From Strigamia acuminata (taxonomy: Eukaryota): a stretch of 64,000 nucleotides of DNA. The stretch lies in contig OX442314.1 in the NCBI GenBank assembly GCA_949358305.1, positions 30,070,001 through 30,134,000 of the forward strand, read 5' to 3'. Of the stretch, positions 49,720-60,300 are shown one piece after another. The notes below the pieces were generated by a model. The model did not search any database. It saw only the letters and a program-made list of their open reading frames with translations, and was not told where the DNA came from. Both the position numbers and the translations under genes were made by a program. Numbering within the stretch: the first letter of the stretch is position 1; each line of letters begins with the position of its first letter.

Positions 49720-52700
49720 ATGGCAGACAATATCCGAGTAACGGATTCCGACTCCGACGCGAACAAGAGAGCCGGCAGTCGTAAAGGCGCCGACTATCAC
49801 TTGCGATCTGGAGGTCCCTTACCCAAAGCCTCAGCGCACGAAGCGAGGCAAAAACGGCGCAAGCCTAAACCCGATCGCAGAAGCGCATCAGAGGCATCGC
49901 ACCCGTCTCGTTCCGAGACGAGGCAGCGATTGGACGAGACAGAGCGGGGTGAAGAGCAATCTCACTCCAAACTGCCGCGTTCTAACCGTGACGGCGAGAC
50001 GAGCGGAAACGAGGTTTTATCCCGTAACCCATCGCCTCGTCTAACGCACGACACCGAGGTGGGCAGTCCGAAAGCGGCGTCTCCGATACAAAAGACGGCC
50101 TCAAACACGACAGCTAATTCGGCACTAAACACGCCAATTACGCAAAGCCGCCCAGCTTCGGTCAGGTCCGAAGGACACAAGTCCAATGCGTCAAAAACTG
50201 AGCGTGTCTCGAGCCAGCCTTACAGCGTCTCGGCCACATTGGTTGACACGATGCAGTTGGCACAGGCAGAAGGTGTACGATACACTCTGCCAACGGGAAA
50301 AATAACTGTGTACGAAACATTACAAATCGTACGTGCAGCTTTAAGAGCGCACAGGTTATCCCCGGAAATCACCGTTGTTGAAGGCGCATACGCTCAACAA
50401 ATGGTAGACTCCGCTCAATTCGAAGCGGATGCCGAGAATGAGGCCCGACAAGCCATCCGCGAGAGAAAGCGGAAGCTGGCGGAAAGAGAAGCGCGAGCTC
50501 TCGAGTACGGCAAATCCCAGCGCGTTCCGACTACTCCAGAAGAAGTCGAAATAGTTGATCGAGCCTTACGTGCACATCGTTATGCATTCCGTTCTCAACA
50601 AGAAGCTGAACAAGCTTTCATGACTAGGCTGCAACGAGACAAACCAAAATCCGTTAGCAAGCCAGAAGTTAGCTCGTCCGAATTGTCCGACGAGAGCGTC
50701 GAAGGCGACCCGAAGCGCACGCCGAAGGTCAGCCCCAAACCCGAGCGAAAAAAGGAAGTGCCAGTCACTCCACGCAAACGGGAAGTCTCGACCGAACAAC
50801 GCGTTCGACCTCGCATGATGGCGTTAGACGATAACACTAACAACGCTATCAACCGATTAATAAATGCGAACAACGCGCGTCGTAACGAAGAACAGACTCA
50901 CACGAGCCGACAACGCGACGACCCGCGGGGTAACGACTGGCAACAGCCGGTACCCATCCTCAAAGACGACGGACCTTCGAGAAAACCTTCCGAAGACCGC
51001 ACATCGTCACGAGAGGAACGTCAACGCGAAAGAGGACAGCAACAGTATCACTACGGAAACAGTGATTCGTCGTCGGATGAACTGGAGTCGAATGCACCCA
51101 GTCATCACGATTCGGAGAGAGGTTCCGGAGAAAGACGAAGGGAAAGAGAACGCGATGAACGCAGGGAAAGGGAACGTGACGACCGTCGTAGGGGCCGGAA
51201 AGAGTCAAACTCTTCACGGCGCAACCCGCCACGCCGCTCACCGTCTCCCGACCCCAGCTCCGACCCCTCGTCCAACGACGACAGACGAAATGATAAGTCA
51301 AGTAATCGCCGGAAGAGATCCAACTCTCCGCGCGATAGAGAGAAACGACGTCGATCGGAAAATAGCGACCACCGACGGGAGGAGTTTCAGGACCTTCCCC
51401 GACAAAGCGCGTTTACCGATTCGACGGGTCGGCAGTATACGATGGGAGAGCTTGGAAGAGCCCTGCTTGGCTCGTTAAAAGCCGAAGGAATCGATCTGAG
51501 CAAACGAAATGATCGTAATCGTAACACTGGTGACCGCGTAAAGAAAAAATACGCTGTCTCCCGACGTGACACCATGAGTGTTACCGGGAATATTAGGTGG
51601 CAATTTTATATTCAGAACCGTTTCGACGGGTCATGGAAAGCGGGAGATCGCTTCCTTGACGAAGTAATTCGGATTAAGACTGCCACTAAAGCCACCGTAG
51701 GAGACATGCTCACCCACGGTATTGTCGAGCTAATGACAGGCTCGGCACGTGAGTGGTACCAAGGATTGAAAGGCGTCAATTGGGACGACTTTTTAATGAG
51801 ATTCGACCTGCGCTACGGCGAGACACCCGAAGAGGTGAGCCGAAAGATGCGAGGTCTTCGCCAGATGCCTGGTGAAACCATAATGGATTACGACATTCGC
51901 GCCAGATTGTTGTTCGAAAAGGCCCCGATGGAATTTCATGCCACGGGATTCAACCTTTTCTTTCTCGGCGGTTTGTCGGAATACTCGCAACGGGTGCTAC
52001 TTGAAGAAAGGGCACCGACAGGAGGCAGCTACGAAGAAATGAGCGCCTTCCTGTTCGAGAACACGATAGATATCGAGAAGAGATATTATTCCGCTTTACC
52101 AGAAGCGGAGAAAGCAGCAACCGCTAAACGTCTCAAGTTGAGTGCGGAAAGATATGGGGCGACAGACAAAATCATGCGCCCTACTGAATATCTTAGCGGT
52201 ATAATGGAGCTGGCAGAAGCTAGCGTTGGTTTACAAATAAAAAATAAACTGACATCCACGCTGCCTTCCAACCCATTGGCCGCCCCTAAAAAGGCACCGA
52301 CAGCGTCAGCCATGCAAGCGACACTGGAGGAGGTCAAGGAGGGGGAGGAAGCCGAACAAAATGTCGGAAAATCAGACGAAAAAGAAGAAAAAGACGATTA
52401 TTCGACGGACGAAGAAATACGAAGCTATCGCGATACCTTATCAACGGGTTGCGATGAGGAAGGACCGCTAGTACATCTCATCCATCGAGATAGAGCGGTA
52501 GAAGAATTTCGCGCCAGGTTAAAACCAAATGCCGGCCGAATTCCGAAGTATTTTCGAAAAAATTACACGCCACCGTCGAAAGTAGACCCTGAAAAAAAGA
52601 AATCGATTGAAGCCCCAAGAGACAAATCAAATATTCGTTGTTTTAAGTGTAACCAACCGGGTCACTATTCCAATGAGTGCCCAAGAACAGCGAAAGAAGA

Positions 52701-52800
52701 CGCTAAGTTTGACGCGATAATGAAGCAGATGGCAGAGATTAAACTCGCCATGGCAAAAAACGAGTCAAAAAACGAGTCAGCGCAGGCGGCGAAGAAATAA
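49720..52800 (+). CDS. gag: G2 Gag (~1026 aa; long RS/RE-rich N-terminal half, capsid-like region, CCHC knuckle)
   Basis: RFDGSWKAGDRFL...LMTGSAREWY capsid-like pattern; CFKCNQPGHYSNEC. Confidence 0.92.
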   Translation: MADNIRVTDSDSDANKRAGSRKGADYHLRSGGPLPKASAHEARQKRRKPKPDRRSASEASHPSRSETRQRLDETERGEEQSHSKLPRSNRDGETSGNEVLSRNPSPRLTHDTEVGSPKAASPIQKTASNTTANSALNTPITQSRPASVRSEGHKSNASKTERVSSQPYSVSATLVDTMQLAQAEGVRYTLPTGKITVYETLQIVRAALRAHRLSPEITVVEGAYAQQMVDSAQFEADAENEARQAIRERKRKLAEREARALEYGKSQRVPTTPEEVEIVDRALRAHRYAFRSQQEAEQAFMTRLQRDKPKSVSKPEVSSSELSDESVEGDPKRTPKVSPKPERKKEVPVTPRKREVSTEQRVRPRMMALDDNTNNAINRLINANNARRNEEQTHTSRQRDDPRGNDWQQPVPILKDDGPSRKPSEDRTSSREERQRERGQQQYHYGNSDSSSDELESNAPSHHDSERGSGERRRERERDERRERERDDRRRGRKESNSSRRNPPRRSPSPDPSSDPSSNDDRRNDKSSNRRKRSNSPRDREKRRRSENSDHRREEFQDLPRQSAFTDSTGRQYTMGELGRALLGSLKAEGIDLSKRNDRNRNTGDRVKKKYAVSRRDTMSVTGNIRWQFYIQNRFDGSWKAGDRFLDEVIRIKTATKATVGDMLTHGIVELMTGSAREWYQGLKGVNWDDFLMRFDLRYGETPEEVSRKMRGLRQMPGETIMDYDIRARLLFEKAPMEFHATGFNLFFLGGLSEYSQRVLLEERAPTGGSYEEMSAFLFENTIDIEKRYYSALPEAEKAATAKRLKLSAERYGATDKIMRPTEYLSGIMELAEASVGLQIKNKLTSTLPSNPLAAPKKAPTASAMQATLEEVKEGEEAEQNVGKSDEKEEKDDYSTDEEIRSYRDTLSTGCDEEGPLVHLIHRDRAVEEFRARLKPNAGRIPKYFRKNYTPPSKVDPEKKKSIEAPRDKSNIRCFKCNQPGHYSNECPRTAKEDAKFDAIMKQMAEIKLAMAKNESKNESAQAAKK

Positions 52801-55800
52801 CTTCTCGACCGTCTGCGCCATTCATGAAGAAGAAGGGGTTTAACAAAGGGTTCGATAAACCGCCACCAGTCAAAGAAATGGGTAGTGACATAGCTAACGC
52901 CCAGATCCAAGACAGGGCCAACAACGCTTTGCAGGTAATTACCGCAAACGCTGAGGCTGAGGCGGAAGAACCAAACCTACTGCTTGAAGAATTACCTCAA
53001 GTAGTCGAAGACACAGAAGAATTTCGTGTTTTCATGTGCAACGTGGCGGTCGAATATACCAGCCGCCTATGTATGCTGCCCATGACAATAGAACGCGAAA
53101 AAATTATGGGACTGCTAGACTCGGGAGCAGATCGCTCGTTCGTTTCCGAAGACATAGTAGCATCATTGGGTCTCACCGATAAGATAAAAGGCGTTAATAA
53201 AAATGTACGTCTAAAAACCGCCAACGGAATGGCGCGTCCAAAAGGAGTTATATTATTGACCATGGAGTGGCTCGGAGGGGTAGAACAGCACCCTTTCCTG
53301 GTCCTGCCCACGTGCGACAGAATTTTTCTGTTGGGCTTAGACCTCATGGCGTCAATGGAAATACAACCAAATCCAATAACGAAATCTTGGAATTATATCA
53401 GAAATGATAGAGAAAGACCCGCAATTGTCGTGCCACCAGCTCTTATCAAAGAAGCGGCCGACAAGACACAGTGGGAGAAAGGCCTAAAGAAATTCGTTCA
53501 AGACTACGATTTTAAAGCATTCGTAACAGAATTGCAACGGGACAATGTAGTGGAAACGCTTGTCGCCGACGCCGCTTTAGAATTAAACGAAGCGGCAGCC
53601 CTACGAAGGGTCCTACTTAAATATGAGGGGATCCTGTCGAAAAAACCGGGCCGAACGAATAGGGCTATTCACGAAATTAAATTGACGGATAATAAACCTA
53701 TACGAGTTGCGTATAAGGGAATGAACCCGCAAAAACGTGAAATAGTACAAAAAATGTGCCAAGAAATGCTAGACAGTGGCATTGTCTCCGAGGCCCAGGG
53801 AGAATACGCGACGCGAGTTGTGCTCGTGATGCGCCCGGGCTCGGACCCACGCCTATGCATTGATTACCGCCCATTAAACGCGGTGACAGAGATAGATCCC
53901 ATACAGATGCCGTCTATCGAATCCATTTTGAGAGAGCTTAGCCCCTTTTCTTGGGTTACGACGATGGATCTGTCGAAGGGATACTGGCAAGTTGAGATGA
54001 GGCCAGAGGATAAGCTAAAAACAGCATTTTACTCGCCAATTGGACGGTTGATGTTCAACGTCATGCCGTTTGGTTTAGTGAATGCTCCCAGTACCTTTCA
54101 GAGACTAATCGAAAGCGTATTGGGTGATATCCTGCATCAGTTCGTGTGGGCATACCTAGATGACATAGTTATTGCCTCTAAAACATTCGAAGAGCACATT
54201 GAGCACATCGACCAAGTGCTCACCCGGCTGGCGAAAGCTGGGTTACACGTTCATCCGGGCAAGAGCAAGTTCTGCCGAAAGGAGCTTGCCTTCCTGGGTT
54301 ATCGCATTGGAGTCAACGGTTTAGCTATTGGCCCCGAAAAAATCGATGCGATTAATCGTTTCCCACCACCCGAGGACGTTAAAGGTGTCCAACGGTTTAT
54401 GGGAATGATAAACTTCTTCGGCAGGTTGCTACCGGGTCTAGCTGAAGTGGCAGCCCCAGTTACCGACCTCCTGAAGAATGAAAACGAATTTGTATGGTCA
54501 AATGAGTGCAACATCGCATTTAATGCGATAAAGAGGATGCTGACGGAAGTCGGCGTAATGCCTCTACCCGACTTAAACCGGCCGTTCATATTACATACGG
54601 ACGCCAGCAGAGTTGGGTTAGGAGCGGCGTTGCTCCAAACACACGTGCGCGACGGAGTCGAACAAGACCTGCCGTGCATGTTTATAAGTCGCAAACTCCA
54701 AGGCGCTGAAAAAAATTACAACGCCACAGAGTTGGAGTGTTTGGCAGTTGTGTGGGCTATAAGGAAATTCAGAGATTATCTCGAATATACCAAATTTGTA
54801 GTCCACACAGATCATCAAGCGTTACAATGGCTGATGAAATTAAAGGAGCCAGCCGGTCGACTAGCCAGATGGCAGTTAGAACTGATGGCATGCGACTTGA
54901 CCATTCAATACAAGCCCGGCAAATATAACGTCGTGGCTGACGCTCTATCAAGGGCACCAGTGTCAGATCCTATCGACGCTGACGATGATGGCGAGGATGA
55001 TTCCCGCATCATTTACTGCCCGACGAGTTGTCACCGTTGGGATTTAAGGAAAATAAATGAAATTCCCACCGCGTCTCCAGCAGATGTAAAATTCTGTGGA
55101 TTCTGGACGCGGTTATACCAACCAGCTGCTGACAATTACCCAAATGCAAAGAAGGAATTTAAGCTAGAGCGGAGAATAAATGACCCGCTTCTAAGCGCCT
55201 TCCACACTCATGTCGGCAAGCAAATGCGAAGCAATCCCCCGACAAGGGAGGAAATAATTGTGCAACAAAAATTAGACAAAAAATGTCAGGACAGAGCTAG
55301 ATTCGTACTGACAGGAAAATATCCGCCCAACTTAACCAGAAGGCAGAAGCGTCGTTATGCACACGAATCCATAGATTACCTATTGGATGACGGCCTTTTG
55401 GTGAAACATCACCCAAATCACCAAGATGACTTGAGTGAATCGGACACCGCAGTAAAGGTAGTAATACCTGCTTCCTTAATCGGTCGCGTGCTGTGGTTGT
55501 TACACGGGCACCCGCTTGCGAGCCATGCGGGAGTAAGCAGAACACTCTATCGTGCTACACAGCTTTTTCACTGGACAGGGATGAAAAAAGATATTGCTCT
55601 TTTTGTCCACCAATGTCAGCGATGTCAAGCGTGCAAGCCGAGGAGTAAATCACCATTCGAAACTATTTTCTTAGGGCCTTACGCGCCTTTTGATTGTTTA
55701 AGTGTCGATGTGATGGGCCCAAAACCCGTTACGGGAAATAAAAATGCGTACATTATCGTTATAATGGACGTGGCGACTCGTTGGCCCGAGTTGTACGCCG

Positions 55801-56894
55801 TCGCTAGACCTTCAGCAGAAAAAATCGTTGAATGTATCTACGACGTAGCGTTACGTTACGGATTTCCACGTAAAATGATATCCGACAACGGACCCCAATT
55901 TATCTCGAAAATTTGGGGTAAGTTTTGTGAGAAATTCGGGATTGTGGCGTCACATACTTCGACCTACAATCCCAGAACAAATCCCGTTGAGCGACTCAAC
56001 AGGGACATTAAATATGCACTAAGCATATTCACTGACATCCACAATAGGTGGGATGAATACTTGAGGGAGATCGCGTTCAGCATACGAACAACAGTCTCGA
56101 GGACGAGAGATTTTTCTCCGGCCTACCTCAACTTCGCCCGGGAGCTACGAGTGCCTTGGGACCCACGAGTGGCAGAGTCAGTAAATGTGGTGGACCCCGA
56201 GAAACCACATGAGTACGTGTATAAATTGGAGCAAACCATCTCCAACACGTACAAGCACATGATGGCGCACATTTTTAACATGCGCGACCGCATTTTACAA
56301 GATAAAAGCGGTGGAAAATTCGTGAATTTCGAGATTAATGATTTAGTGTGGAAGGACACACACATCCTCTCAAATGCAGCGAGAGGAATCACCGCCAGCT
56401 TGGCCGACAAAAGAGACGGTCCGTATGTGATCATCGGCAAGCATGGCGGTAACGCGTATAAATTACGTAAGCTCGAGGACAATACCGAGCACAAATCGAT
56501 CCAGGTACGAGAGTTAACTCCGTACATTCCGGAATTCCCGCAAGAAATGTGGGCCAAGGGCCAAGTCAAGTCAAAAACTGACGGCCAAATCGTCGATATG
56601 TTCGCTGGCGAGTCGGAAAAAGCACCGCCAAGTGACAACGAGGAGTATTTCGACGCCCCTTCACCACCGGTAAACGAGATAGTTGAATCCGTTCCGGATC
56701 CAATTTTGGTCGGGGGGGAAACAGGAGAAACTCCTGAAACAAACACAAAAAACACGGATAAAAAAGAAAACAATAATGAGGAGGTACAGACACAAAAAAC
56801 AACAAAAAATATCGTACCTGTCTCGACTCATCACCTGCGGCCCCGTGGAAGTAATCCGTTTATAAAAGACGGAAAGGTCGTAGGAAAGGAGTAG
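52767..56894 (+). CDS. pol: G2 Pol (PR-RT-RNaseH-IN), expressed by -1 frameshift; intact
   Basis: LLDSGADRSF; YLDD; TDAS/ELECLAV/TDH/ADALSR; HGHPLASH...CQRC; DVMGP, SDNGPQF, VERLNR; GPY motif; no chromodomain seen. Confidence 0.95.
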   Translation, partial: KKRVSAGGEEITSRPSAPFMKKKGFNKGFDKPPPVKEMGSDIANAQIQDRANNALQVITANAEAEAEEPNLLLEELPQVVEDTEEFRVFMCNVAVEYTSRLCMLPMTIEREKIMGLLDSGADRSFVSEDIVASLGLTDKIKGVNKNVRLKTANGMARPKGVILLTMEWLGGVEQHPFLVLPTCDRIFLLGLDLMASMEIQPNPITKSWNYIRNDRERPAIVVPPALIKEAADKTQWEKGLKKFVQDYDFKAFVTELQRDNVVETLVADAALELNEAAALRRVLLKYEGILSKKPGRTNRAIHEIKLTDNKPIRVAYKGMNPQKREIVQKMCQEMLDSGIVSEAQGEYATRVVLVMRPGSDPRLCIDYRPLNAVTEIDPIQMPSIESILRELSPFSWVTTMDLSKGYWQVEMRPEDKLKTAFYSPIGRLMFNVMPFGLVNAPSTFQRLIESVLGDILHQFVWAYLDDIVIASKTFEEHIEHIDQVLTRLAKAGLHVHPGKSKFCRKELAFLGYRIGVNGLAIGPEKIDAINRFPPPEDVKGVQRFMGMINFFGRLLPGLAEVAAPVTDLLKNENEFVWSNECNIAFNAIKRMLTEVGVMPLPDLNRPFILHTDASRVGLGAALLQTHVRDGVEQDLPCMFISRKLQGAEKNYNATELECLAVVWAIRKFRDYLEYTKFVVHTDHQALQWLMKLKEPAGRLARWQLELMACDLTIQYKPGKYNVVADALSRAPVSDPIDADDDGEDDSRIIYCPTSCHRWDLRKINEIPTASPADVKFCGFWTRLYQPAADNYPNAKKEFKLERRINDPLLSAFHTHVGKQMRSNPPTREEIIVQQKLDKKCQDRARFVLTGKYPPNLTRRQKRRYAHESIDYLLDDGLLVKHHPNHQDDLSESDTAVKVVIPASLIGRVLWLLHGHPLASHAGVSRTLYRATQLFHWTGMKKDIALFVHQCQRCQACKPRSKSPFETIFLGPYAPFDCLSVDVMGPKPVTGNKNAYIIVIMDVATRWPELYAVARPSAEKIVECIYDVALRYGFPRKMISDNGPQFISKIWGKFCEKFGIVASHTSTYNPRTNPVERLNRDIKYALSIFTDIHNRWDEYLREIAFSIRTTVSRTRDFSPAYLNFARELRVPWDPRVAESVNVVDPEKPHEYVYKLEQTISNTYKHMMAHIFNMRDRILQDKSGGKFVNFEINDLVWKDTHILSNAARGITASLADKRDGPYVIIGKHGGNAYKLRKLEDNTEHKSIQVRELTPYIPEFPQEMWAKGQVKSKTDGQIVDMFAGESEKAPPSDNEEYFDAPSPPVNEIVESVPDPILVGGETGETPETNTKNTDKKENNNEEVQTQKTTKNIVPVSTHHLRPRGSNPFIKDGKVVGKE

Positions 56895-57374
56895 AAAACG
56901 TTACGAGTCGATGGCGACGCTGAAAAACAAAAAAATTGACCGATCGACAGCGCTAGCCATCAAAATCCGAGACTCTGAAAATTTCGCTAAGTCCAACAAA
57001 GCGGATATCGGTCGAATTCGCGTCACGAGATGGCGTGGAAACGCGGGACCCGTAGCAAAATTATCGGCACGGGTCGGATACCGCGTGCAAAAGACCCCGT
57101 AGCAGCGATCGCGCACGGGCGTAGAAACAAAGGAGCCCCGTAGCGTAACATGCGCACGGGCTGTTGCGCACAGTCATAAACACCTGGTTCTGGAGTAAAA
57201 TTACCCAGAACCCACCACGATTGCCTCGTTTTCACCCGGACTTCCGCTAAAATCAGCTGATCGTCGTCCGCACGTGATACACAGCGAGTGCATTTTTAAC
57301 CAAGTTTTTGATCCATTTTACGAGAAGTTTTCAAGTTTTTTAATCGTGGTCTGACTGAACGCGCAATCCTCACG

Positions 57375-60300
57375 ATGGATGAGGAAGGAGGGGACGAGGA
57401 AATGCTTGAAATACAGCATCATGACGAGAATTGGGACCCGGACATAAACGTAGTTCCACCCGATCAGGTAGTAGTCGGCATCGCCGCACGAGATTTAGCT
57501 CCGTGCGGTCGAATTAAAGATACACTTGACTAATACTTGACATGAACGCTCTGCGTTCGAAATAGTGTATAATTATTATACTAATATCCACGATCGCGAG
57601 AGCGATTGTATTTTCTCCTATTATTTGTCTTCAAGGACGCGATAGCAGACAAACTGTCGCCTCGCTCCTTGAAGATGACTCACGACAATTGACACGAACG
57701 AGACAAAGGAAACGAGCTTTCTTTTTATATTCCAGAAATGGGAATAATTTATTGGATGGATTTTGAAAGAATTTATAGAACGTTGTTTCTATTTTTATTT
57801 GCTATTTTATTTGCGAATTTTTTCCCGATGACACTAATTTATTATAGATTCGTTTTTTAACTCGACTTTAACTCCGAATTTTTGGAGTTATTATTAGACA
57901 AATTTATTTCTTTACAAGTTAATTCACGACAAGAACATTTGTTTACATGTTCTAAAATTGTTATTGGAGATTTTCACGAACGATTTCGCGAATTTATTGG
58001 TTTAAATACAAATTTACAGTTTAATTTTAAATTAAGCAATCCGAAGAAAAATTTCCGGATTAATACGCTCGATTCCGTCTCGTGGTTATCATTGGACGTG
58101 AACCAGATGTGCCAAGAAGACTCTTTTCTTCCTGACAAGGACGAATCAATGAACAGGAATAGGACTCGACGAGCGGTCGCACGTTTCGGCGACGTTCCTC
58201 GAGCCCACCCCCTATTTATCTCCGTGTTATTGGCGATTTCATTAATTATTTTGTTTCCATCATTGCAGATGGAGCTCCGAGACACATGGGGAGCGCTCAG
58301 CCCCGCATGCATAGTGCGAGCGGGCATATATCGAGGCGTACTGCCCGATTTTCTGCGCCGCTGCTTTGGCGAAGATGCGAAGCCATACCGCCTGCGCGTA
58401 TTATTTTCGCGCGCCCTCGCCAAGCGTTGGGTTAACGATTGTACACTCCTGGACGCGTTCCCGGAGTCGGTGCGAAACGTCGTCGCTGCAGAGCTCGCTC
58501 GCATCGATGACCCGAAGTCACCAATCTTCCACCCGGCCCTGTCGAGCCAATACTCCGGCAGGCCGGCGGAGGAGCATGTGTTGTTCGCGTGGCAAGCGGC
58601 CGAGACCGAGGAGGCCCGCGAAGAAGTGTATCAACACTACCGCCAGCAGCTAATCGACACTGCGCCGGCGGTTGCAGAGCGGATTTTGCAAGACGACGGA
58701 ATGAGCACCGCCGATATACATCTGTGGTGCGAGCAGATTCGGCAGGGAGAAGTTACGCCACAGTGGCGACCGAGAATGGGGATTCTCACGTCACAAGCTG
58801 AAATGTGGCAACTCCACTATTTGGGAATTCTCGGCCCCAAATATAATTTCCCAAGGAAGCGCAAGCGCTCCAAGGGAACCGGGGGCAGCGAATCGCGCTC
58901 CCCGGGACGGTCGAAGAAACAGTGCGTCGAACAGCACTCGACCGTCAACGATGGAGCGGGAACGTCAGCGCAGCCACCGCGCGACCCCGCGAATTACACC
59001 AGACCAAGGGTGTTCGTCAACCGTCAGATGAAAGACGGTAAAGAGACTCGAGAAGTCTGGATTTCGGGTGACGAAGAGCGAGTCTCTCGTCCCCGTGTCG
59101 GCAGACATCCGCTAACTCATCGTGAGCAGCGGAAACGAGACCGCAAAGAGCGGTATTTCGCTCGCTGCGAGGCGCGAGGAATTCCCCTTCCCGAACACGC
59201 TCTCAAAGCAATCGAAGCGAAGGAAGCGAGAGAGGCACGATCGAAGTCGAGTGGCCGATCTTCCGGGGAGCGTCGCGTCCTAGCGCCAGACACGCGGGAC
59301 CTTCGCGAGATCATCACCCAGATGAAACGCAAGAAATTGTCTCGTTTCGACCCCGCGATGCAGTTCGCTCGCAAGATGGGCGTCGTCGAGCATGGTACCG
59401 TGATTCCACACGAAGTGGCACGGTGGTTAAGCGAATATGTCAATTCGCGACCGCGTGTAGAAGACGCGCCTACGGCCGTCGTTCCACCGACGAGTACTGT
59501 AAGCCAGCTCCCGGCACTCCAAGTCACGCCGACTGGAGTGCAAGCGACGCTGCCACCGCCAACACAACAGTCTTTGACGTTGCTGTTGCCGACGCAGTCA
59601 TCAACGTCGCAACCGTTGCCAGCACAGCAGTCCCTGACGCTGCCGCCGCCGACACAGCCGCTGCCGCCGCCGACGCAGCCCCCGCCGCCGCCGCCGCCGA
59701 TGCCGGGTTCGAGCACTACGCCGAACTTGGCCGTCGACGACTCGGTGATGTTGCCCGTTCACCAGAGCATTGCGCGGGAATGCCATAACGCCCGATTCGG
59801 AGAATATTACCCGAGCAAGGCAAGACACGACCGCACCGCGATGTGGTATGAACAGCGTGACGAAAACGCACGGCTGGCTCGAGAAGCAGCCAATCCATCG
59901 ATCGAAGAGCTCTTGGCCTTCGCATTTGTGATGGAGGACCCGAGAGCCGCCGCCGCTGCTCTGCAGGGCGCCGACGTCACTCAGCGCCATTTCATCGAGT
60001 GGGGGATTTCGATGATGCGGCACCACTCGCGCGCGTTCGCTGCAGATCCTGATCGCAGCAACCCTGTAAATCGGCGCAGTCTACAGCTGGCTTTGACGAA
60101 AATCATGGTCCAGTTATTGACCCCCTCGCTCTTTGGGGTCGGACGACAGGCGATGGCCTGTTGGTCCGTAGTCGACAGAGAGGGTGTGCAGATACCTCGC
60201 GCACTCGTTGGGGAATGGAGCGCCATTCTCCCCAACCCGGCGATGACTCGCTTCGAGCTGACCCGGGACGTGGTGAACCCCGAATGGGAGGGGTATAAGT

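Noticed and set aside
57882..58268. N-terminal 129 aa of the 1086-aa ORF, including hydrophobic PLFISVLLAISLIILFP, read as an Env signal or TM segment
   Set aside because: It begins at a TTG in AT-rich sequence, and the hydrophobic stretch is simply the translated T-rich tract before a good 3' splice site. The rest of the protein has no Env features.
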